From Mobula hypostoma (Eukaryota), in contig NC_086097.1 of NCBI RefSeq assembly GCF_963921235.1, forward strand, positions 122,266,001-122,330,000: a DNA stretch of 64,000 nt, written 5' to 3'. Below the pieces are notes generated by a model, which was not told the origin of the DNA, ran no database searches, and worked only from the letters and a program-made list of their open reading frames with translations. Positions 13,555-24,889 of the stretch are shown piece after piece. Position 1 is the first letter of the stretch, and every line of letters starts with the position of its first letter. Both the position numbers and the translations under genes were made by a program.

Positions 13555-14045
13555 TCAGAATCATGTTTTAATATCACTGGCATAAATCATGAAATTTGTT
13601 GCCTTTGTGGAGGCAGTACATTGCAATACATAATAATAGAAAAAAATAGGTGAATTACAATGAGTAATTGGGTGGCAGAGGGGAAGAAATTGTTCCTGAA
13701 TCATTGAATTTGTCCGTTCATGCTTCTGTACCTCCTTCCTGATGGTAGCAATGAGAACAAGGCATGTCCTGGGTGATGGGGGTCCTGAATAATGGATGCT
13801 GCCTCTTTGAGGCATCGCGCCTTGAAGATGTCCTGGATACTACAGACACTCGTGCTCATGACGAAGCTGAGTGGGTTTACAACTCTCTGCAGTTTACTGT
13901 GATCCTGTGCAGTAGCCCCCCCACCCCCCCTTCCATACCAGCCAGTGAGAGTGCTCTCCATGGTATATCTGTAGAAATCTGTGAGTGGTTTTGGTGACAA
14001 ACCAAAATCTCCTCAAATTCCTAATGAAATATAGCCACTGCCATA
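13555..14045 (-). mobile_element. Rex1/Babar LINE 3' fragment
   Basis: LTDFYRYTMESTLTGWYG..LQRVV..AASIIQDPHHPGHALFSLLPSGRRYRS; (TGATTC)n tail on minus strand. Confidence 0.8.
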
Positions 14046-14177
14046 TTCAGAATCAGAATCTGGGTTATTATCACCAGCATGTGACATGAAATTTGTTAAA
14101 ATCAGATACAAATGGATCCAACTATTAGACACAATTTCTTAATGAAACCAGCTCACCCTGGTTCCTGAATAGAGTTA

Positions 14178-15122
14178 CAGACATCCCACCTCTCCCGGAA
14201 GTTCCGGGAGTCTCCCGCATATTAACAGCAGCTTCCTGACGCCCACAAATTATATACAATATCCCGGAAATGAGTGCGGGAGTGAGAGCGAGCATCCTGA
14301 TTGGTCTCTTTGTGCTAAGTAGACCTATCAGTTTTCCCTGTGGGCGGGCTTTACAGTCAACCTCTGTCTCTCCATCAAGTTCAGTTTTGTGTCCTGCACC
14401 GCCATGGCAAAGTGTTTCAAAAAAAGAAAATATAAAACGCACTTCACCCCAGACTACACTAAAGTGTACCCCTGCCTAATAGGGGTCAAAATTAATGACA
14501 GTGTTGCTCGCTGCACTGTTTGCAACAGTGACTTTTCTATTGCCCATGGTGGGTTAAGACTGTAAAAGACATGTTGAGGTGAGTTTAACAGGTGTCATTT
14601 GTTCATTAGCATAGCTAACACTATTTAAACTAGCTGGCTAGCTGCTAAGGAGCTACTCTATTGACATCCTACGTGATGAGGCCAAACTCCCTGTAGACAT
14701 GCTTAAAGTTGTAATAGAATTAAAAAACGACTCCATGATAATATATAAGTACATATTTTAATGTCACAGTTTCTGCATATACCCAGTTTACAGATTACAG
14801 ATTAGACAAAATCACTAAACAAAGTATTACATAAGACAATATAATAAGGATACACCTTATGCTTTTATTTCCTTTAGGGACCACAACATATTAGGGAGGC
14901 TAATCGCAGGGAAGGCTGCTCAAGTATTTCACAGTTCTTTTCAGCAGAGCCACATCACAGTACAAGGAAAGTTTGCAAAAGAAATAGAAAAGCTATTTGC
15001 ATTAGCATTGAGATTGTCAACAAAATACTCAACAAGGAATATATATATATTAGTCGACCGGGCGGGGTGGGGAGGGGGGATGCTACCTCCCTGAAATGAA
15101 TTTTTGCAGGGTGGGATGTCTG
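14178..15122 (+). mobile_element. hAT-like DNA transposon, 6-bp-TSD family, longest copy (945 bp)
   Basis: TIR CAGACATCCCACC / GGTGGGATGTCTG; flanks GAGTTA / GCATTA (4 of 6 match); contains a transposase 5' stub. Confidence 0.85.
14404..14970 (+). pseudogene. Intron-containing transposase N-terminus (BED-like C2H2 zinc finger), frameshifted and truncated
   Basis: CCGCCATGG; MAKCFKKRKYKTHFTPDYTKVYPCLIGVKINDSVARCTVCNSDFSIAHGG, frameshift, DCKRHVE; intron GTGAGT 14579 to TTTATTTCCTTTAG 14877; then GPQHIREANRREGCSSISQFF. Confidence 0.75.
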
Positions 15123-16359
15123 GCATTAGATTAACTCAAGGGCGAACTCTAGAATTCAGAAATATTAAAGTATTTCAGTTCATTTTATGCAGGATTAACT
15201 ATTGAATAACGAAAAGAATATATTGGAACATTATGGATATTATTCACCACATACAATTTACATGTATTAGGAACTTGTTGTGGTGTACTGGCAGGACATG
15301 CAACCAAAACAATATTGAACAAGTATAAAGAATAAATAATTATGCAAAATAAAGTTAACGTGTCTGCAGTGCAGTGCAGTAACTAAGGTAATCAATAGAG
15401 GTGGTGAAGGGCTAGAGTGGCTGATCAGACTAACTACCTGGGGGAGGGTGTGAAGTGTTTGTTTTCATAGCCTGAAAGTGATTTGCAGAAGGGAGCAACT
15501 ACAAATGGCAGTTTTCAGAATGCACAGTGTCCACAATGATTTTTGAAGTCTGACTAATATGCAAACCAAAGCACTGGTTCGAGTTTATGTTAGGAATTGT
15601 ATATTTAAATGCTGCCTATTCTCATATTGCTCTGAAGGAAGTCTATGAATGATGGTTAATGAAATGAATCTAAACCTCTCACACCAAATTAGGCACACGG
15701 ACATATTTTCTTGTTATAATCTTCGAACATTATCTTAATCTTATTTTCACATACTTGTCTGCATACGCCTCCATTTTGAACGATTGCGCAGAGTTCTGCA
15801 CAGCACTGCTTGAGGCATTTCTTCCCGTATCTCCTCCAACAATACAAACCAATGAATCATCAGTCATGCACTTTCAGCAGGCTAGAGTAAATCACGACGA
15901 TAGACAGAGAAAATGGAGCGGTGGGGTGTTAATTATTTAAAATTCATTACTCCCACATCATTTGTGAAATCACTAACAAATTCCCAGTGGCATTAGTTGT
16001 AATCTTCAATGATGCACCTTCAAAATTCTCTGCATTCCTCCATCTTTGGCATCTCCAACATTTCCTATTCCCTTTGTTCCAATTCTGGCAGCATGCTTTC
16101 AATTACACGTTGAGCTAAACTTGGAATTCCCTGATTAAAATTCTTCACCTCCCATTCTCTTCTTTTAACTTAAATTTTACTACACTAATTGAGATTTTTA
16201 TCTCTTCAGATTTCAGATTCATTTATTTGTCACAAGCACAGTGAAATATGTTGTTTGCTTTACGGAACACAGCCTAATGGGGGCAGCCAGCAAGAGTTGC
16301 AATGTTTCAGCACCAACATAGGATGCCCAAAATGCTCTGCAGAACAATACACAACAAAA

Positions 16360-16650
16360 CGGGCAGCAGGGTTGCGTAGTGGTTAGCACAAAGCTTACAG
16401 TACAGCTGACCTGGGTTCAATCCCCACTGATGCCTGTAGGGAGTTTGCACATTCACTTCCATGACCACGTGGGCTTTGTCTAGGTGCTCCGCTTTCCTCC
16501 CACAGTCCAATGAGGTACCAGTTAGTAGGTTCATTGGTCATTGCAAATTGTCCTCTGATTAGACTAGGATTAAATTGGGGGGGTTGCTGGGCGGAATGGC
16601 TTGAAGGGTAGTCAAAGCATATTCCACACTTTATCTCAATAAATCAATTC
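16360..16650 (+). mobile_element. tRNA-derived SINE
   Basis: A-box-like GTTGCGTAGTGG, B-box GGGTTCAATCCC, core GGTGCTCCGCTTTCCTCCCACAGTCCAA, AT-rich tail. Confidence 0.8.
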
Positions 16651-17464
16651 AATTAATTAATTAATTAATTAAATACAACAAGTAACAAAATAAAACAGAA
16701 CAAGCCCTCTTTCTTCCCATTTACTCTGTCTCTTACCCCATCCACATACACAATTCTTCAGCCCCAGGAAAAGCCACCTTAGGCCTCCAGCAGACTCAGA
16801 TTCACGGACATTGGGCTTCAACTTTCCTAGTGGATTCCCATTGTCCCAGTTTTCCACAGACTTCCAGACCTTCAATTGACCTTTGGGCTTTGACATTTGG
16901 TATTGACCACCAGGATCACCCGATGATGGCAAATGAGGATCCTGAACACTGGGCCTCAAACTCCAGCCTTATCGATGTGCATACCCAGGGGGTCACTGGA
17001 ATTTGTGCCTCCCGCATGCACAGAACCTCAGACCTGGAACCTGCCGATGACGCGCTGTTATCCTAAACACTTCTTCCTTCTTTTCTTAAGTTACTCTGCC
17101 AAGCTGAGCCAACTTGCACTACCTCAATTGTGGCTTCAGTATAGCAGCACTGGGACCATTTTGCACAATGGACTTACTTTGTTCTAAATGCGTTCCTTCT
17201 TGTAAAAATTATGCTTCATTTATGTTAAACAAAGGAGGTTCTGCAGGTTTGGAAAATCCAGAGCAACACACACACAAAATGCTGGGGAAGCTCAGGTCAG
17301 GCAGCATCTGTGGAAATGAATAAACAGTTGATACCTGGGGCCATGGAAGGGCGAGGAAGCTAGAATGGTTATGTTGACATAATTCATGTTTATGTTTTTT
17401 TGAGAATGTTGCTTATCTGATGCTACGTGCCTGTGATGATGCTGCAAGGACATTTTTCTTTGTA

Positions 17465-19201
17465 CAGGTTTCCCCCACTATCCGAAAACAGAGCGTTCCT
17501 TTGAAACGGTTCATAAGCCGGAATGTCATAAAGTGAATAAGCAATTACCATTTATTAATATGGGAAAAATTTTTGAGTGTTTCCAGACCCATAAAATAAC
17601 CTACAAAATCATGCCAAATAACACATAAAACCTAAAATAACAGTGACATATAGTAAAAGCAGGAATGATATGATAAACACACAGCCTATATAAAGTAGAA
17701 TTAATGTATGTACAGTGTAGTTTCACTTACCGGAATCGGGAAGACATAGTTTCCTCCAAATGCCATTTCTCATCAGGACTGTTAGCCTATCGAGAGCATC
17801 TCCAACGCTGGCGATTGATCGCCAATTTTATATTGTAATCTTTCCAGATCTCTCGCAAAGACATTTCGGAGTTGCCCTCTCTGTCAATGGTACTTACAAT
17901 AAAACGCATCACGTTTTGCGTATAGTAAGCCTTAATTGTGGCTGTTCGAACTTGGTTGCACGGCTGCAGCAACGATGTCGTATTCGGCGGTAAGAACGCA
18001 GCACGAATGTTACCGCCATACTTGGTAATGCCAGGTGGTCGAGCAGCACAATTATTGACAATCACAAGACACCTATTATCGAGGTTATTTTCTCTACAGT
18101 ATTTTTCAACAAAAGGACTAACGTATCCACTCATGCACTCTGAAAAAAACATTTGGGTATTCCAACCACTTGGATGTGAAAGGAACACAACGGGAAGTGT
18201 TTTCTTATCAACGCCTTTAAGTGCCCTCGGATTTTCTGAATGGTACTCCAGTAGAGGCTTAAGGACAGAATCACCAGTGGCGTTAATAATAGGCATTAGG
18301 GTAAACCTGTCCTTCGATGCCTTGTGTCCCTTAGCCTGCTTTTCTTCTATTGAAATGAATGTCTTGCTCAGCAATTTTTTCTAATAAATTGCAGTTTCAT
18401 CACAGTTAAACACTTGTCCTTATATGAATAGCCACCTTCTGTAATTATTTTCTTTAATTCTGCTGGGAACTTTTTGGCAGCTTCAGTATCAGCTGAAGCA
18501 CCCTCTCCAGTAAACGTTAAACTATGAAGCTGCCCTTGCCTCAGAAACCAATCAAGCCACCCATGACTACCTTTAAATTCCACTGTTGCAACACTTTCAT
18601 CACCATCATCCAGTGCTTTCTGTTTCAGTTTATTAAAAAGACTGACTGATTTCTCCTTAAATATAAGAAAACTTAACGGAACGTCACACTTTATACACCC
18701 ATCAATCCACTCAAGCAATAGACTTTCCATTTTATCCATTACTGGATGCCAACTAAGAGAGACCACTTTGCTACGAGCAGAACCAACAGTAACATCGGCA
18801 GCTTTCAAAATTCTTTCTCTCTGAGTATAAATAGTGTGAATGGTGGACGCAGGCAAGTTCAACGCGCGGACGATGTCCTTACTTTGTTCACCACGATCGA
18901 AACGCTTAATTATGTCTAGTTTTATGCTAAGTGTAACACACTTACGAGCTCTTTTAGGCTTTTCCGATGCCTTAGAACTCATCTTGCTAACGGATGCACA
19001 AAATAAATCGAGATAAAGCACGTGTTTAAGCAATGGCGGCTAGAATGCAGTTCCGGTGGAGGAGATTGGCTGTTCAGGTGCGCGCTGCCTTTTTTCGTAA
19101 CAGTGAAAACACCTTCTGTTAGCGAAAACAGGTAACTAATGTAGATCTTTTGTAACAGTGAGGTGTCGCAAAGCGAACGTTCGGAATACGGGGGCCACCT
19201 G
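17465..19201 (-). mobile_element. Tigger/pogo-family DNA transposon
   Basis: Imperfect TIRs CAGGTTTCCCCCACTATCCGAA / TTCGGAATACGGGGGCCACCTG; flanked by TA and TG (probably a mutated TA TSD). Confidence 0.88.
17745..18982 (-). pseudogene. Tigger-like transposase (CENP-B HTH + DDE_1), disrupted
   Basis: MSSKASEKPKRARKCVTLSIKLDIIKRFDRGE, FKGSHGWLDWF; frameshift to QVFNCDETA and a stop; GHKASKDRFTL, NPRALKG, FLPPNTTSLLQPCNQ; second and third catalytic D appear as N; C-terminus missing. Confidence 0.9.
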
Positions 19202-19414
19202 TGCTGTACTTGTGCATCCCTGTAACTGTGTGTATGACACAATAAACTCGACTTCAACTTTGAAGTTAAAAAGCACTTATACTTGAAAATGCATAAGGCT
19301 TCTTAATGAACAATGTGTTCTTTTGCATCAAAAGAGAATATCTGATCATCCTGTCAGAGTAAGAATGAAAAAGCGCAATTACTGTAAGTAGACAAACTTG
19401 TTTGTGGGATCTCT

Positions 19415-20170
19415 GAATCAGAATCCTGTTTATTATCACTGACATATGTTGTGAAACTGTTGTTGTGTGGCAATACATTTAAAAATTTGCTGTAAGTTAC
19501 AACAAGAAATACATATATGAAAAATAAGTAAGTCGTGCGAAAAGAGAGCAAGTAGTGAGGTGGTGCTTATGGGTGCATGGTCCACTCTGAGATATTGTGG
19601 TGGAGGGGAAGAAGCTATTCCTCAAGTGTTGAATATGGCTGCTCAGGCAGGCCTACCTCCTCCCTGCTGGTAGTAATGAGAAGCATGTCCTGAGTGCTGA
19701 GAGTCAGAATGATTGATTTCACCTATTGAAGGTGTTCCTCCACATTGGGGAGACGAGTGCCCATGGTGGTGAGGCTCGTGCACATAATGGAACTGGCTGA
19801 GTTTGCAGCCCTCTACACCTGTTTCCCAATCCTGTGCATTGGCTCCTCCATACCAGACAGTGATTCACCCAGTTAAAATCCTCCGCACGGTGCGTGCATC
19901 TGTAGAAATTTGCTAGAGTCTTTGATGTTGTACAAAATCTCCTCAAACTCCGAATGAAATTTCAGTGAGCCATCATCATTATTTTGGACTGGGATAGATC
20001 TTCAGAAATGTAGACACTCAGGAACTTGAAACTGCTCACCCTTTCCTCTTCTAACCCCTCGTTGAGGATTGGTGTGTGTTCCCCTGACTTCCCCTTCCTG
20101 ATGGCTGCAATCAATTCCTTGGTCTCGTTAATATTAGGTGCAAGGTTGTTGCTGCTACATCACTCAACTA
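19415..20170 (-). mobile_element. Rex1/Babar LINE 3' fragment
   Basis: MRRFCTTSKTLANFYRCT; same 3' UTR and tail as the other Rex1-like copies. Confidence 0.7.
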
Positions 20171-20959
20171 GACAATCTTGCTATTTACATTGTGTTCTTG
20201 TGCAAATTGGCTACTGATTACAGCCAGTGAGATTATTTGGATTGCTCATAAATTAAATCCTACTCCTTCCATTTTCCTTAACTGGCAACAACTGACCTTT
20301 AACATTTCCCTCACATAGAAGAACTGGCCCTTCAGGTATATGCCAACCTCCAGGGTAATCCTATCAGTCCAATTTATCCACTTAACTCCTTGCCACGACT
20401 TCTCCTACAACCATCCATCAACTACCTCCAACTCCTTCTATTCTCTTGGTACCCACCTACAAACATGCACCAGTCCTCACTTAAGACCCTGCAGTGGAAA
20501 GGGTGAGCAACTTCAAGCTCCTAGATGTCACCATCTCGGAGAATCTATCCTGTACCCACACACACATGCAAACATGGAGAAGCACATCAGTGTTTCTACT
20601 CTCCTAGAACTTCAAGAAAAATTGGCATATGATCAAAGACTCAACAAACTTCTACAGATGTACAGAGGAAAGCATTCAGACTGGCTGAATCACAGCCTGG
20701 TGTGGTAAATCCATAGGAACACAAGAGCCCATGGACTCAGCTAACTCCAGCACAAGCACATCTTTCTCCACAACAAGCACCAAAGTGACAAAAGAAAGGT
20801 ACCAAGAGTGATTTAAGATAATTGCAACAGAAGTTAGACAAGATGCTTAAATAGAAAATGAGAAGCTGGCTAGGAGAAGATTGGAATAATCAAGTGTAAG
20901 ATTACAAAGCGATGGCTGCAGACAGACTCAGCTTCATCACTAGCTAGATTTGATATGTG

Positions 20960-21490
20960 TTTATTTATTTTTATTTAGAGATACAACACGTTTACAGGTC
21001 CTCCCAGCCCACGAGGGCGAGCCAACCAATTACACGCATATGACCAATTTACTTACTAACCGGTACATCTTTGGAACATGGGAGTAAACCGGAGCACTGA
21101 GTCCCACACAGTCATGGGGAGAAGTTACAAACCTCTCGCAGACAGACGCAGGAATTGAACCCAGCCTGAATCCCACACAGTCATGGGGAGAAGTTACAAA
21201 CCTCTCGCAGACAGACACAGGAATTGAACCCAGCCTGAATCTCACACAGTCACGGGGAGAAGTTACAAACCTCTCGCAGACAGATGCAGGAATTGAACCC
21301 AGCCTGAATCCCACACAGTCATGGGGAGAAGTTACAAACCTCTCGCAGACAGACGCAGGAATTGAACCCAGCCTGAATCTCACACAGTCACGGGGAGAAG
21401 TTACAAACCTCTCGCAGACAGACGCAGGAATTGAACCCAGCCTGCTGGCACTGCAACAGCGTTACGCTAACTATGCTACCGTGCTGCCCC
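20960..21490 (-). mobile_element. tRNA-derived SINE containing an internal tandem array
   Basis: Minus head GGGGCAGCACGGTAGCATAGTTAGCG..GGGTTCAATTCC; (AAAT)n tail near 20960. Confidence 0.8.
21097..21441. repeat. Tandem repeat, 5 x 69 bp
   Basis: Units start at 21097, 21166, 21235, 21304, 21373: CTGAATCCCACACAGTCATGGGGAGAAGTTACAAACCTCTCGCAGACAGACGCAGGAATTGAACCCAGC with a few variant sites. Confidence 0.97.
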
Positions 21491-21879
21491 CCCCCCCCCG
21501 AAGGAACGGCAGACTGCTACATGGGTCAGATTTCTGTCGTTTGCTGATGGCCAGGGACTAAACACATTATGGCAATGACACAGGAACCTTGGTACTTCCT
21601 CTCTTTCCCTAAAGTAGTGCCATGTGCTGCATAATGCCATTGCTTCCTGCATTACCCAGAGAACTGAATCCATTAGCATGGCTGGTCAGATCTTGCACTT
21701 CTCTCTAATTACATACAGCCCTTATTAATCTGCCCCCAAACCTTGCAAAAAAAAAATGCTTTAGCTGATCCAGGAGGATGTAGCTAATCTAGAGTACATG
21801 TTATCTTTTTTTTGAAGAAGTGCAAATTCCAAACGATATCAAAGATGATTACATGACTGCGAAATAGCCGAAACACACA

Positions 21880-22545
21880 AGTAATGAGGCTATTGAGGGG
21901 AAAGCAATGATTCCATTACCAGGTATGGTGAGTTGGCCTTCATTAGTAGGGGGACTGAGTTCAAGAGCCATGTGGTAATGTTGCAGCTTTATAAAACACC
22001 GGCTAAACTGCACATAAAGTATTGAGTTCATTTCTGGCTGCCTTATTATAGGAAGGATCTGAAAGCTTTAGAGAAGGTGCAAAGGATGCTACCTTGACCA
22101 GAGAGCATGTCTTATGAAGGTAAGTTGAGTGAGTTAAGGCTTTTCTCTTTGGAGTGAAGGAGGATGGGAGATGACTTGTCTGCTGTGCACAAGATGACAA
22201 GAGGCATGAATAGAATGGACAGACAGAGGTTTCTTTCCCAGGGTGAACATAGCTAATACAAGAGAGCACAATTCTAAGGTGATTAGGGGGAAGTATCAGG
22301 GGGATGTCAGAGGTATGGTTTTTACGCAGAGAGTAGTGGGTGTGTGGAATGCCCAGTCAGAGGTGGTGGTAGAGGTAGATACATTAGGGGCATTTAAGAA
22401 ACTCTTAGATAGGCACATGAATGATAGAAAAATGGAGGGCTATGTGGGAGGGAAGGGTTAGACTGATCTGAGAGTGGGTTAAAAGATTGGTACAAAGACA
22501 AAGGGCCTGTACTGCACAGTAGCGTTGCATGTTCTATGTTCTAAG
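21880..22545 (+). mobile_element. CR1 LINE 3' fragment
   Basis: DVRGMVFTQRVVGVWN..GAFKKLLDRHM; tail ATGTTCTATGTTCTA. Confidence 0.85.
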
Positions 22546-23974
22546 CATGGCAGCAAATGACATGGCCTTGCTTTTCTGCAGCAGCACAAGCATAATAAAG
22601 TCAGGCTGCATCTTAGCACTGCATCACCTTGCTTCCTTGCAATTTCTTTATTATCATGCTATTTCTAAAATTAAAAAACAAAGCCAGCTGATGTTTAAGG
22701 TGCTGGTGGAATTTCAGTTAGCTCATCTTGTGGGATAAGTTACTAAAACTCAATTCTGTAGGCCACAAAGTCAAAAAAAAAGAAGCTGATGGGGATCATT
22801 AGTCAAAAATAATTAACTATCACCGTTACATTTAAAAATTACTTCAATCAATTTTCTCCAAAATATGTCAATACATTCTTTAATAGTTGTCACATTTTAA
22901 TCTTCCTTCCTTCTAATGTGTTAAATATTAATGGTGTTTTAATGATTGTATCTACCTGCTTAGATGGCACCAGTACTAGAATTCAAAATAGTGAAAATGA
23001 TATTTGTAATGACTCGGAAAATGACAGATATATATTTCCATCCTTTTCTTTTTTATTATTTGGAGATAAAGCATAGTAATAGGCCCTTTCAGCCCAATGA
23101 CTCTCATGCCCAAGTATACCCATGTGACTAAGTAACCTAGTAACCTGTACATCTCAGGAATACGGGAGTAAACCAGAGCGTCGGTAGGAAACCCCTGGAG
23201 TTACAGGGAAAATGCACAAACTCCTTACAGACAGTGGAGGATTTGATCCTGGGTTGCTAGCTCTGTAATAGCTTCCTGCTAACCATTATGCTAATGTGCT
23301 GTCCAAGGACAAAAGGAAAGGGCCCTTGTTTTGCAAGTAAGGCCTTTTTCTCTGGGCTGTTAGCTGGACAATTGCTTGAAGTTCCTTGCACTTTCAAAAG
23401 TAAGAAGAAACTAATCGGCTCCACACACAAAATGCTGGAGGAACTCAGCATGCCAGGCAGCATCAATGGAAAAGAGTAAACAGTCAATATTGCAGGCCAA
23501 AACCCCTCATCAGGACTGGAGAAAAAGATAAGATGCTGGGGGGGAGGAGAGGAAGAAGTACTTTTTTCAGCCCTCCCTCCACCTCCTTACTCTGACCTTG
23601 TACTTCTTCCTCACACTTCTACTTCTACTATAGTTTCCTAGAGAAAAAGGTCTCACAAGGTACTAAAATAACCTTCTCTGCTCTTCCCAGCTAGTGCCTA
23701 TTGGACTCAGAAGCAGGTTTATTGTCAAGGATCAAGGATCAACTTTATTTGCCATATGCATTTACATGTATTAGGAATTTGCTGTCATGTGTTTACATGA
23801 GACAGGCAACAAAAACTTTCAACAACTATAATAAATTATAAAAATAATAAACAGTGTAAAAAGGAGCAATATATATTAATTTTTAAATTAAAAGTAGCAA
23901 CATATATTCAATCAACACACATCAAAGTTGCTGGTGAACGCAGCAGGCCAGGCAGCATCTCTAGGAAGAGGTGC

Positions 23975-24010
23975 AGTCGACGTTTCAGGCCGAGACCCTT
24001 CGTCAGGACT
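23975..24010 (-). ncRNA. Minimal type I hammerhead ribozyme motif, intact core
   Basis: AGUC-CUGACGA-AGGGUCUCGGCCU-GAAAC-GUC-GACU: stem I AGUC/GACU, CUGANGA, stem II AGG/CCU, GAAA, GUC cleavage triplet. Confidence 0.75.
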
Positions 24011-24305
24011 AACTGAAGGAAGAGTGAGTAAGGGATTTGAAAGTGGGAGGGGGAGGGGGAGATCCAAAATGATAGGAGAAGACAGGAGGGGGAGGGATGG
24101 AGCCAAGAGCTGGACAGGTGATTGGCAAAAGGGATATGAGAGGATCATGGGACAGGAGGTCCAGGAAGAAAGACAAGGAGGGGGGGGCACCCAGAGGATG
24201 GGCAAGGGGTATATTCAGAGGGACAGAGGGAGAAAAAGGAGAGTGAGAGAAAGAATGTGTGTATAAAAGTAAGTAACAGATGGGGTACAAGGGGGAGGTG
24301 GGGCC

Positions 24306-24692
24306 TTAGCGGAAGTTAGAGAAGTCAATGTTCATGCCATCAGGTTGGAGGCTACCCAGACGGAATATAAGGTGTTGTTCCTCCAACCTGAGTGTGGCTT
24401 CATCTTTACAGTAGAGGAGGCCATGGATAGACATGTCAGAATGGGAATGGGATGTGGAATTAAAATGTGTGGCCACTAGGAGATCCTGCTTTCTCTGGCG
24501 GACAGAGTGTAGATGTTCAGCAAAGCGGTCTCCCAGTCTGCGTCGGGTCTCGCCAATATATAAGAGGCCACATCGGGAGCACCGGACGCAGTATATCACC
24601 CCAGTCGGCTCACAGGTGAAGTGTTGCCTCACCTGGAAGGACTGTTTGGGGCCCTGAATGGTGGTAAGGGAGGAAGTGTCTTCTTCTATCAT
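24306..24692 (-). CDS. Open Penelope GIY-YIG endonuclease domain (128 aa from the in-frame ATG); TE-derived, expression unknown
   Basis: FTCEPTGVIYCVRCSRCGLLYIGETRRRLGDRFAEH..ATHFN..H..RLEEQHLIFRLGSLQPDGMN with no stops. Confidence 0.6.
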   Translation of the reverse strand: MIEEDTSSLTTIQGPKQSFQVRQHFTCEPTGVIYCVRCSRCGLLYIGETRRRLGDRFAEHLHSVRQRKQDLLVATHFNSTSHSHSDMSIHGLLYCKDEATLRLEEQHLIFRLGSLQPDGMNIDFSNFR

Positions 24693-24750
24693 TTTGGATC
24701 TCCCCCTCCCCCTCCAACTTTCAAATCCCTTACTCACTCTTCCTTCAGTT

Positions 24751-24786
24751 AGTCCTGACGAAGGGTCTCGGCCTGAAACGTTGACT
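24751..24786 (+). ncRNA. Minimal hammerhead ribozyme motif, GUU variant, in the inverted arm
   Basis: AGUC-CUGACGA-AGGGUCUCGGCCU-GAAAC-GUU-GACU. Confidence 0.65.
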
Positions 24787-24889
24787 GCACCTCTTCCTAC
24801 AGATGCTGCCTGGCCTGCTGTGTTCACCAGCAACTTTGATGTGTGTTGCTTGAATTTCCAGCATCTGCAGAATTCCTGTTGTTTCCTCC

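Larger units (their letters stand above)
23913..24884 (-). mobile_element. Penelope-like retroelement, 5'-truncated, with inverted pLTR
   Basis: GIY-YIG endonuclease coding at 24306-24677 on minus; 171-bp inverted arms 23913-24083 and 24678-24848 (5 mismatches by eye). Confidence 0.92.

Noticed and set aside
16360..16435. tRNA genes
   Set aside because: A/B-box sequences are degenerate SINE heads continuing into SINE bodies; no complete cloverleaf is evident
17745..19033. Domesticated TIGD/CENP-B-like host gene
   Set aside because: Frameshift, in-frame stop, truncated C-terminus and retained TIRs indicate a dead transposon
21097..21441. CRISPR-like array, or the 117-aa repetitive ORF 21030-21383
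   Set aside because: Units are head-to-tail with no unique spacers, lie inside a SINE, and no cas genes are present; the ORF is open only because 69 is a multiple of 3
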